DNA of 24,108 nucleotides from Octopus sinensis (GCF_006345805.1 NW_021836461.1:1-24108); one strand, 5' to 3'; positions 10,305-20,400 are shown, counted from the first letter of the stretch. Translations and numbers: made by a program. The notes: generated by a model from the sequence alone, not told the origin.

Positions 10305-10525
10305 TTTGTGTTCTACCACTGTTTGACAACTGGTGCTGGTGTGTTTACGCTTCCCTAAGTTAGCAATTCGGTAAAAAGAGACCGATAGAATAAGTACTAG
10401 GCTTTCAAAAGTAATAAGTCCAAGGGTCGATTTGTTCGACTAAAAAAAAGCATCCCTTCCAGGCGATGCCCCAACATGGCTGCAGTCAAATAACTGAAAC
10501 AAGTAAGAGATAAAAGATAAAAGAC
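10305..10525 (+). mobile_element. SINE family A 3' half
   Basis: TTGACAACTGGTGCTGGTGTGTTTACG...GAAACAAGTAAGAGATAAAAGATAAAAG. Confidence 0.8.
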
Positions 10526-10711
10526 AACTGGTTATGAAAACTGCGAAGCACAACGGGTACTGTGTTTAATCATTTGCATATCAGTGTTACACGTATATAG
10601 GTTGTAAATAAATTTGCATACGACCATTTAATTAGCATAAATTTAGTCGCCTTGTGGTTTAGCTATGGCTTTTATATGCACAGCAATATTAAATCCATTT
10701 TAAATATATCT

Positions 10712-10877
10712 GCGTAGGAGTGGCTGTGTGGTAAGTAGCTTGCTTACCAACCACATGGTTCCGGGGTTCAGTCCCACTGCGTAGCACCTTGGGCAAGTGT
10801 CTTCTACTTCTCGGGCGACCAAAGCCTTGTGAGTGGATTTGGTAGACGGAAACTGAAAGAAGCCCGTCGTATACATG

Positions 10878-10920
<43 letters not shown>

Positions 10921-11128
10921 TTGTGAGTCTGTCCTCCCAACATCGCTTGACAACCGATGCTGGTGTGTTTACGTCCCCGTAACTGAGCGGTTCGGCAAAA
11001 GAGACCGATAGAATAAGTACTAGGCTTACGAAGAATAAGTCCTGGGGTTGATTTGCTCGACTAAAGGCGGTGCTCCAGCATAGCCACAGTCAAATGACTG
11101 AAACAAGTAAAAGAGTAAAAGAGTAAAA
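10712..11128 (+). mobile_element. SINE family A, full length
   Basis: Complete head, internal microsatellite and tail. Confidence 0.92.
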
Positions 11129-11197
11129 GTGTATATTTCTTGAAAACTTATCTCATTTCGTCGAAAATGAGTGAGTGCATATATGTGTATATAGATT

Positions 11198-11320
11198 GAT
11201 AGATAGGCGCAGGCATAGGCGTGTGGTAAGAAGTGGGTTCATCCCCACTGCGTATCACGTTAGGCAAGTGTCTCGGGCCGACTAAAGCCTTGTGTGTGGA
11301 TTTGGTACACGGGAAATGAA
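11198..11320 (+). mobile_element. SINE-A head, double-deletion derivative
   Basis: Inverted twin of 12254-12376. Confidence 0.8.
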
Positions 11321-11680
11321 TTGTCCAGTTCCTTTGGTTTGTGTCTATGTTTTCGTTTCTCATTGTGTTCGACGTCCTTTTTGGTGTCCTGTACTCATAT
11401 ATGCGTGTATATGTACATGTAGAGGTAGGTATGTACATATATGTTTATATATATGCATATGTTTTATTTATTTATTAATATATATATATATATATATATA
11501 TACCACTTCGCACATTCTCTGAAACGGCCGTAAGATATTTTTCCTTTTATTTGATTCATTTGAGGACTTTCTTTTAAATCACTGTCATCTTATCCGCTCG
11601 TGAATTTTAATGTAATTGTATATATTCATCTGTGTACGTGTATACACGCTGTCATCAAACTTTGATGTCAAATGGGATTG

Positions 11681-12152
11681 TTTTTTATTCTTTTATTCTT
11701 TTATGTTTCAACCTTGTGGCTGCGGCCATGCTGGGGCAGCGCCATTGTAATCATATTTTAATTGGCCAATTCTATGGGTTTGGCTTCTGGTGAAGGAGGG
11801 AGTTCGATATCGCTGCTCTCTTTTGAGTTTCCTGCCTTGATATTGGTTCATCTGGGATCTTGGATAGTAAGAGGTCAAGTTGTTTCTTGAAAACATCTAC
11901 TCCCACTCCATGGAGGTCCCTCAGATATTTTCGCAAGGAGTTAAATAGCTGTGGGCCCTTGAATCCCAAGGTATTACAGTACATGCCCCTCGCCCTAGAT
12001 GAGATAGTTGGAACTTTTGGAATAGTGCTGTGACGTCCATTTCGGGGCCTGGTATAACTCTCAATCCCAAAGTTTGATATCAGCCCCTCCAGTATCTTCC
12101 ATACATATATCACTGCGTACCTCTCCCGCCTTCGCTCCAGAGAGTAGAGTCG
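11681..12152 (-). pseudogene. CR1-type LINE ORF2 C-terminus plus 3' UTR and tail
   Basis: Translation LYSLERRRERYAVIYVWKILEG...GPQLFNSL...FKKQLDLLLSKIPDEP...RAAISNSL is typical of the CR1-clade post-RT C-terminal region; ends in a stem-loop and (TAAAAGAA)n tail. Confidence 0.85.
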
Positions 12153-12194
12153 TCGTGAGCCGCATGCCCCAACCACTAAGCCACGCGCTTTCAC
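12153..12194 (-). mobile_element. 42-nt tRNA-derived SINE head (E/D type) fused to the CR1 fragment
   Basis: GTGAAAGCGCGTGGCTTAGTGGTTGGGGCATGCGGCTCACGA; contains the A-box, no B-box. Confidence 0.8.
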
Positions 12195-12253
12195 AATAAT
12201 ATATATATATACTCACACACACATATACATACATGCATACCATGGGATTCCTT

Positions 12254-12376
12254 TTCATTTCCCGTGTACCAAATCCACACACAAGGCTTTAGTCGGCCCG
12301 AGACACTTGCCTAAGGTGGTACGCAGTGGGGATGAATCCACTTCTTACCACACGCCCATGCCTGTGCCTATCTATC
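12254..12376 (-). mobile_element. SINE-A head, double-deletion derivative
   Basis: 5 mismatches versus 11198-11320. Confidence 0.8.
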
Positions 12377-12387
12377 TATCTATCTAC

Positions 12388-12438
<51 letters not shown>

Positions 12439-12459
12439 CTATCTAACTATCTATCTATC

Positions 12460-12507
<48 letters not shown>

Positions 12508-12521
12508 CTATCTATCTATAT

Positions 12522-12586
<65 letters not shown>
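12368..12586. repeat. (TATC)n + (TA)n microsatellite
   Basis: Direct inspection. Confidence 0.95.
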
Positions 12587-12591
<5 letters not shown>

Positions 12592-13016
12592 ACGACAACT
12601 TCCATCTACCACAATTCCTCTCAAAGCATTAGTAAGCCTGTAGCTTATAGTAGTAGGCATTTATCCAAGTGCTACGCAATGGAACTGAACTCGAAAAACT
12701 TGATTGCAAAGCGAGTTTCTTAATCACAAATTTATGCTTCTCTCATTTATTTATTTACTTATTTATTTATTCATTTATTTATTTATTTATTTATATTTTT
12801 TATTTATTTATCTATTTCAGTAAACACACGCGCATGTCGCTCGGTTCACCATATTCAACCGGTCAAGTTCTTGATTAATCGAAGCGAAGTCAGATCTTTT
12901 GAAAGTATTCGGACGTCACTTGCATCAGTGTAACGAATGCTGGCAATGCTTGTGATCGTCTTGAGTTCGCTCCTTCGTCTTCTATCTAGCTTACCAAAAA
13001 AGGATCTTTACCTTTT

Positions 13017-13591
13017 TGACCGACAGATTTTTAAAATATTTTTTTGTAACTAAACACAAACTTCGAACACTGGTAGAATGTGTCATATAAAACATCTTTT
13101 ACTCTTATCATTTTTGAGAAAAGCTTGTGTATTCAGCCGAATAAAATTACTGCCGCTGTTTATCAACAACAACTATCGGCGGTGTATTTTTCGTTTGTTA
13201 CTGTTATTTATGACATCGTTCGTGCGTTTGTACTGGTTTTAGCTTTAAGGTTTTAGGGTTAGAGTTAGGGGTTTAGGGTTAGGATTAGGGATTTAGGGTT
13301 AGGGTGTTAGGGTTTTAGGGTTAGGGTTGTCATAAATAACTGACAAAAGAAATATATACCGCCGGAAGTTCTTATTGACAAACAACAGCAGTAATATTAT
13401 TCAGCTGAATACACGTCATTGATTGGTTGAAATTACCGAAATAGGACAACTTTAACGTGAAATGACTTCGTAAATATAAGTTTTTCTCAAAAATGCTAAG
13501 AGTAAAACATGTTTTAAATGACACATTCTACCAGTGTCCGAAGTTTGAAAGTGTTTAGTTACAAAAAATTATTTTTTAAATCTGTCGGTCA
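13017..13591. mobile_element. Foldback element with ~200-bp arms and central telomere-like tract
   Basis: 13017-13126 pairs with 13478-13591 and 13127-13215 with 13328-13414; extra 63 bp at 13415-13477. Confidence 0.85.
13253..13328 (+). repeat. Interstitial degenerate (TTAGGG)n
   Basis: 9 exact TTAGGG plus TTAGAG and TTAGGA variants. Confidence 0.92.
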
Positions 13592-14079
13592 CAAAAAAAA
13601 AAAAAAATTTTAATTTAAAAAAAGAAGCAAAAGCAAAATCTATGTCCTGCTCCTTTTGGTGTGATTTTGCTGCTATCTCTAACAGTTTTAGCGACCTCTT
13701 AAAAGATCCGCTTGTCAGTCTACGATGTTGTTCTCTACTCCCAGAACAGCCTTTATAGATGTGTGATATAAAAATTTAAACATCACATACAAACACACGT
13801 TCTCTCCCTCCATCTCTCTCTCTTCTCCCACCTCTGGCGTTCTGCCCCCCCCCCGCCAACGATGTTGATTTGAATACACGCCTGTTTCAATTTAATCTTT
13901 CTTTTTTTTTTTTATTAAGTTGTTTTGTTTTGCGCTTTTTCCGTATCTTTTTCCCCGTACGACTATTGCAGTTTGTTTGGAAAAATTAACTTCTAAAAAT
14001 AATTTGAAATATAGACGTTACCTTCCTCTTTTTTCTTTTTCTTTAGCAATGTAACATGCCTAAAAGAAAAGCTGTTACC

Positions 14080-14800
14080 ATACATACATACATACATACA
14101 TACATACATACATACATAAATACATACACACATACACACACGCATACATATACATACTTACATGCATACACACACACACACATATATATATATACATACA
14201 TACACACATACATACATACACATACATACATATATGCATACATATAACATGCAAACATGCATACATACATTCATACATATATACACACATACGCATGCAC
14301 ACACATATATACATACATACCGACACACACACATGGATACATACATACATACATACACACATACATACATATATACATACATACTTACATGCATACACAC
14401 ACACACACATATATATATACACACATACATACAAATATACACACACATATATATACATACACACATACATCCATACACACATACATACATACACACACAT
14501 ACATATATGCATACATATACGTGCAAACATGCATACATACATTCATACATACATATATACACACATATGCATACCGACACACACACATGGATACACACAT
14601 ACATACATACACATACATACACACATACATACATACATACATACATACATACATACATACATACATACATACACACACACACATACATGCATACACACAC
14701 ATACATACACACACATACATATATATACATACATATACACATACAAATACACATACATGTTTATGCATACACATACATGCACAGACATGCACACACATCT
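14080..14800. repeat. ~720-bp (TACA)n/(CA)n degenerate microsatellite
   Basis: Direct inspection; source of the long HTY/VCM ORFs. Confidence 0.95.
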
Positions 14801-15087
14801 ATCTTTTACTCACTTCAATCATTAGACTGCGGCCATGCTGGGGCACCACCGTGAAGGAGTTTAGTCGAACGACTCGACTCCCGTACTTATTGTTTGTTAA
14901 GCCTGGTACTTATTCTATCGGTCTCCAATGCCGAACCGCTGTACCAGGGGAACGTAAACACACCAACACCGGTTGTCAAGCAGTAGTTGGGTGAGGCAAA
15001 CATCGACTCAAAGACACAACACACACACACACACACATGTTGGGATTCTTTCAGTTTCCGTCGACCAAATTGAATCACAAGGCTTTA
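14801..15087 (-). mobile_element. SINE family A (5'-truncated)
   Basis: GACTGCGGCCATGCTGGGGCACC...TTCTTTCAGTTTCCGTCGACCAAAT. Confidence 0.85.
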
Positions 15088-15430
15088 ACCTGCTCGGATA
15101 ATGCGCTTTGTTCTTGAGCAAAATACTTCATTTCGTGTTGCTCCAGTCCATTCAACTGGCAGAAATGAGTAATCCTGCAAGGTATCTACGTCCCGTCCAG
15201 TTGTCCGGAGGTGGGAAATATACAGGGCCGGCACAAGATACCGGCAACCTCGGGCAGTCGCCCCGGGCGCCATGTACTAGGGGGCGCCAAAGAGAGCGTG
15301 ACAAAGACAAGGAAATTTCCTCAACCGTCATTTTGTACACGCCGAAGTTCAGCTTGCCCGGGGCGCCAGCAACCCTAGAGCCGGCCCTGGGAATTTATAT
15401 CCACCCCAGAATCTGAGAAAACCGGCATTT
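15088..15430 (+). mobile_element. SINE family D fragment interrupted by a MITE
   Basis: TTCTTGAGCAAAATACTTCATTTC...GAAATGAGTAATCCTGC...GTCCCGTCCAG. Confidence 0.75.
15223..15389. mobile_element. GC-rich hAT-like MITE (167 bp)
   Basis: TIR CAGGGCCGGC...GCCGGCCCTG (10/10, 13/15); degenerate 8-bp TSD GAAATATA/GGAATTTA (6/8). Confidence 0.8.
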
Positions 15431-15648
15431 TTGAGCGTATGACTAGGGAAGCATTAAATGTTTATAAATTCCATTGAAGGATTATTGTTATTATTTCTAT
15501 ATTTATTCTACATTATACCAGGACAGCTCGATGCGAAACTCCCAAACTGGTTCATCAGTCAACATCATTAGATTGTGGCCGCATAATGGAATGGGAGCTT
15601 TATTTGCATATTCAAAACGTTTCCCGTAAACAAATTTATAAGATAAAT

Positions 15649-15852
15649 ATGGCGTGGCTGTGTGGTAAGAAGCTTGCTTCTCAACCACATGGTACTGGGT
15701 TCAGTCCCACTGCGTGGCAGCTTGGGCAAATGTCTTCTAATATAGCCTCGTGCTGACCAAAGCCCCGTGAGTGGCTTTGATAGAGGGAAACTGAAAGAAG
15801 CCTATCTTATATGTATATGTATGTATATATATATATTATATATATATATATA

Positions 15853-15897
<45 letters not shown>

Positions 15898-16150
15898 GTA
15901 TGTATGTATGTATGTATATGTATATGTTGCTGTGTTGTGTCTGTATTTGTACCCCCCACCATTGCTTGATGCTGGTTTGTTTACGTCCCCCGTAACGTAG
16001 AGGTCTGACAAAAGAGACTGATAGAATAAGTACTACGCTTACAAAGAATAAGTCCTGTGGTCGATATGTTCGGCTAAAAAAACTACTTAGGGTGGTGCTC
16101 CAGCATGGCCGCAATCACATGACTGAGACAAGTAAAAGAATAAAAGAATG
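15649..16150 (+). mobile_element. SINE family A, full length
   Basis: Complete architecture; (TAAAAGAA)n tail. Confidence 0.9.
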
Positions 16151-16249
16151 TAAATATAAGTATGTATGTATCTCTGTATTTAGACAAATCTAAAAAAAAA
16201 AGAAACAAACGGACGTACACAGTGAATGTTGACGCTCGGTTTAAAATGC

Positions 16250-16290
16250 AGTGAGTGACGTTTCGATCATAGGTTCTTCGTCAGAAACAG
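16250..16290 (-). ncRNA. Degenerate minimal hammerhead motif (Penelope-like terminus)
   Basis: Minus strand CTGACGA-A-GAAC ctat GATC-GAAA-CGTC; core intact, stem II with one mismatch, stem I poor. Confidence 0.45.
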
Positions 16291-16410
16291 GAAAGAGGAG
16301 AAGCCCGGACAGAGGGAAAAGAATAGTCCAAGGAAAGCATCTGTGTGGTTACATGACACACACATAATACATACATACACACTTACATAAACACATACAT
16401 ACATACATAC

Positions 16411-16470
<60 letters not shown>

Positions 16471-16487
16471 TATATATACATAATACC

Positions 16488-16565
16488 CAGGCCTATTCCC
16501 TATTTTTTAAGAGGTGCTAGCTACAGTAAGACACACACCAGGTATTTCATTCATTTCCCAGCTCA
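16488..16565 (-). mobile_element. RTE LINE extreme 3' end (second copy)
   Basis: Aligns with 17371-17450. Confidence 0.7.
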
Positions 16566-16893
16566 TAATGCATACATACATACATACATACACACACACC
16601 ACACACATCCTACGCACTAATACTCTCTCATACACACACACAACACACACACACACCCTTATACATACTAATACATACACCAACCCTATACATACACACG
16701 TCCAGACCCCTCCTACGCACTATTAGCTGGTCCTTCAACCCTATTAACCACCCTATTATCTCCCCTTATTTCGCTCTCGCGTCTCATGTTTGATCTTTGA
16801 CCTCTGGCCGAAATCAGATCGCCATGTTGATTCGTTAGCTACAGCACGCGTTTTTTTTCTCTCCTTCTTTCTGTGTTTTTCTCTCTCTGTGTA

Positions 16894-16931
16894 TCTTTCT
16901 GTTGAAGAGCGTAGGCTCGAAACGTTAAAGA
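16894..16931 (+). ncRNA. Minimal type-I hammerhead motif in a Penelope-like terminus (~16700-17030)
   Basis: Stem I TCTTT/AAAGA; core CTGTTGA (A6U); stem II GAGC-gtag-GCTC; GAAA; palindrome AACGTT; GTT triplet. Confidence 0.6.
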
Positions 16932-17050
16932 CTTGTTTTATTTATATTTCCTGAGCGCCATACTAATACATTTGTTCGTTTGTTTTCCACCTGCCTTCGT
17001 CTTTTGTCTATTTTCATAAAGCTTCCCGTTATATATATATATATATATAT

Positions 17051-17346
17051 AAAGGGTAAAGACCCCCTTCGGTCATGAATGACCATGGGATTGCACCTAG
17101 AAAGTTACCCTCCTAGACACAAGGTTGTTTTTATGGAAGGCCAGCAGTCGCCCATGCATACCAGCCTCCCCTCTCCACGCCACCAGTGTTATCCAAGGGA
17201 AAGACAAAGGTCGATACAGCTTGGCACCAGTGGCGTCGCAACTCATTTCTACAGCTGAGTGAACTGGAGCAACGTGAAATAAAGTGCCTTGCTCGAGAAC
17301 ACAACACGCAGCCCGGACTAGGATTCGAACTCACAACCTCACGATC
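17051..17346 (-). mobile_element. SINE family E, lacking the A-box
   Basis: Homologous to 1995-2357. Confidence 0.85.
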
Positions 17347-17371
17347 GTATACACATATACATACATATACC

Positions 17372-17845
17372 AAGGCCTATTCCCCATTCTTTTAGTAGGG
17401 GGTAGCTACAGCAAGGCACACACCAGACATTCCATTCATTTCCCAGCTCAAGGGGACAAACCCCGTTCCATGCTCGGGTCAAGACATAGAACGCAACCCC
17501 CAATATCAGCGGCAAGTCCCGACAGCAAATGCTGGTTTACCCCCGCCGCATCATGTTGGTTCCGTACCCCTTTGCGCAACATCAAAATACACTCATCCGT
17601 CCACAAACACTCTTCAAGCTTTCCTATCATTTATAAACTGTCTTGTCTCTCTCACTCCAACACCTCTAACCACCAAAGCTTTCCTCACTCCATCCATCCG
17701 CACAAACCGAGTTCTGCCTCTGGTTCTGCTGCCTACCACCTCAGCCTTCATCGCCCTCTTTACCATCCGCTCCTCATCCATCCTCTCCATGGAGCCAAAC
17801 CACCTCAACATTCGTCTATCCAATTTGGTTGGTAGTTTTTCTTTC
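17372..17845 (-). pseudogene. RTE-clade LINE ORF C-terminus plus 3' UTR
   Basis: MLRWFGSMERMDEERMVKRAMKAEVVGSRTRGRTR matches the RTE C-terminal LRWFGHVERM...G.R.RGRPR pattern. Confidence 0.85.
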
Positions 17846-17885
17846 AGCAAGAATATATATGTGTGTGTGTGTGTATGTATGTATG

Positions 17886-17928
<43 letters not shown>

Positions 17929-18012
17929 GAGAGACAAGGAGAATCAAAAGTAAATATTTCTGTCAACAGTTAGCTATTTTCTGTATATAAAGCGCAGTAA
18001 GTGTGTGTGTGT

Positions 18013-18107
<95 letters not shown>

Positions 18108-18177
18108 CAGTGTGTTCTACTGTATCACACATAGAGTAATTTATAAACCAAAGCACACAGAAATTAACTCAATATTC

Positions 18178-19025
18178 TTTTCTACTCCAGGTACAAGGCC
18201 CGAAATTTTGGGGGAAGGGGCCAGTCGATTAGATCGACCCCAGTACGCAACTGGTACTTAATTTATCGACTCCGAAAGAATGAAAGACAAAGTCAACCTT
18301 GGAGGAATTTGAACTCAGAACATGAAGACAGACGAAAACCCCATTTCTTTACTACCCACAAAGGGCTAAACACAGAGAGGATAAACAAGGACAGACAAAC
18401 ACATTAAGTCGATTATATCGACCCCAGTGCGTAACTGGTACTTATTTAATCGACCCCAAAAGGATGAAAGGCAAAGTCGACCTCGGCGGAATTTGAACTC
18501 AGAACGTAGCGGCAGACGAAATACCTATTTCTTTATTACCCACAAGGGGCTAAACACAGAGGGGACAAACAAGGACAGACATAGGTATTAAGTCGATTAC
18601 ATCGACCCCAGTGCGTAACTGGTACTTAATTTATCGACCCCGAAAGGATGAAAGGCAAAGTCGACCTCGGCGGAATTTGAACTCACAACGTAACGCAGAC
18701 GAAATACCGCTAAGCATTTCTCCTGGTGTGCTAGCATTACCATGGAGGTGCGTGGCTTAGTGGTTAGGGTGTCAGCATCATGATCGTAAGATTGTTGTTT
18801 CGATTCCTGGACCGGGCGACGCGTTGTGTTCTTGAGCAAAACACTTCATTTCACGTTGCTCCAGTCCACTCAGCTGGCAAAAATGAGTAACGCTGCGATG
18901 GACTGGCGTCCTGTCCAGCTGGGAAGCACATACGCCATAGAAAACGGGAAACCGGGCCCATGAGCCTGGCTAGGCTTTAAAAAGGCGCAAGAAGAATAAG
19001 CTAACGTTTCTACCAGCTCGCCGCC
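18178..19025 (-). mobile_element. SINE family B, trimeric array, head split by SINE-D
   Basis: CCAGT(A/G)CG(C/T)AACTGG at ~18240, 18425 and 18610 (185-bp period); head remnant CCAGCTCGCCGCC at ~19011-19023. Confidence 0.88.
18743..18990 (+). mobile_element. SINE family D (V-SINE-like)
   Basis: A-box TGGCTTAGTGG, B-box TTTCGATTCC, CTGCGATGGACTGGCGTCCTGTCCAG motif. Confidence 0.88.
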
Positions 19026-19052
19026 TTGAAATGAACTCAATATTGACACATT

Positions 19053-19275
19053 CAAAGCTGGCAAGTTGGCAGAATCGTTAGCACGCGCGGCAAAATGCTT
19101 AGCGGCATTTCGTCTGATTTTACGTTCTGAATTCAAATCCCACCGTGGTCGATTTACCTTTTATTTTTTCAGGGTTGATAGAAAAAGTATCAGTTGAGCT
19201 CTGGGCGTTAATATAATCGACATGCCTACTTCCCAGGAATTGCTAGTCTTTTGCTACAATCTGAAACCAATATTA
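19053..19275 (+). mobile_element. SINE family B monomer (old)
   Basis: GGCAAGTTGGCAGAATCGTTAGC...GAAACCAATATTATT. Confidence 0.8.
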
Positions 19276-19377
19276 TTGCATTCACACACGTTTACAGAAA
19301 TAGATAGATGCAGATATAAAGATTAGATTCACACATCTTTCTATTTATCTCTATTTATCTCAGTGGTTCTCAACAAT

Positions 19378-19580
19378 TACTCTTTTACTCTTTTACTTGT
19401 TTCAGTCATTTGACTGCGGCCATGCTGGAGCACCGCCTTTTAGTCGAGCAAATCGATCCCAGGACTTATTCTTTGTAAGCCTAGTACTTATTCTATCGGT
19501 CTCTTTGGCCGATCCGCTAAGTTACGGGGACGTAAACACACCAGCATCGGTTGTCAAGCGATGTTGCGGGACAAACACAG

Positions 19581-19667
<87 letters not shown>

Positions 19668-19821
19668 TATACACACATACACACACACACACACACACAC
19701 AACACATACATATATACGACGGGCTTCTTTCAGTTTCCGTCTACCAAATCCACTCACAAGGCTTTGGTAGGTCCGAGGCTATAGGAGAAGATACTCGTCC
19801 AATGTGCCACGCAGTGGGACT
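19378..19821 (-). mobile_element. SINE family A (5'-truncated)
   Basis: Tail at 19378; ends at GCAGTGGGACT. Confidence 0.9.
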
Positions 19822-20037
19822 TTCTGATAATTATTTTACTCTTGTAGATACTCATTGCCATGATTAAGAAAATCATATTGTAAGTTTATAGTTAGATATT
19901 ATTAGGAATTGTGTATAAAACTGTTAAAAATATAGAGTGCATTGTAGACGTATAACCAATTTATTGTTCATAAACTTTAACAACAAATTCGTATATGGGT
20001 TCCACCAATGGTCATGCCTACCTACCTACCTACCTAC

Positions 20038-20085
<48 letters not shown>

Positions 20086-20139
20086 TTATTTATCTATCTA
20101 TCTGTCTGTCTGTCTGTCTATCTGTCTGTCCGTATCCTC

Positions 20140-20400
20140 CTTCTTTCTTTCCTTTCCCGAGCGCCCAATAACACTACTTATTCCACGTCCTCACGTTGTT
20201 GTGTTTTCTCTTTGTTCATGTTTGGATTTCCGTCTTCCCTTCTCTGGATCTTTCCTTTTCCTATGTTTTTGACGAAGAGCTCCGCTCGAAACGTTAAACC
20301 CTCCTTCTTCCTTTCCTTCCTGAGCGTCCAATAATACTATATTTGTTCCACGTCCTCGCGTTGTTGTGTTTTCTCTTTGTGTTTTCATGTTTGGATTAAC
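20140..20400 (+). mobile_element. Penelope-like partial tandem terminal repeat (163-bp period)
   Basis: GAGCG(C/T)CCAATAA...GTTGTTGTGTTTTCTCTTTGT...CATGTTTGGATT at 20159 and 20322; ends at (TA)n. Confidence 0.75.
20265..20299 (+). ncRNA. Minimal type-I hammerhead motif
   Basis: Stem I GTTT/AAAC; core TTGACGA (C3U); stem II GAGC-tcc-GCTC; GAAA; palindrome AACGTT. Confidence 0.65.

Noticed and set aside
11672-12249. ATGGGATT at 11672 and 12242 as the TSD of the chimera
   Set aside because: The distal copy corresponds to diverged SINE-A sequence (AAGCCCGT), so the match may be chance.
14043-14994. Long ORFs (up to 245 aa) of HTY/VCM repeats, and similar ORFs throughout the track
   Set aside because: Translations of (TACA)n/(TG)n microsatellites that lack stop codons; not genes.
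18183-18710. CRISPR-like periodic array
   Set aside because: Whole 185-bp units are homologous (no unique spacers); eukaryotic SINE multimer.
19361-19375. CAGTGGTTCTCAAC hAT terminus as partner of 6957
   Set aside because: Same orientation as 6957, only ~14 bp, truncated by SINE-A.
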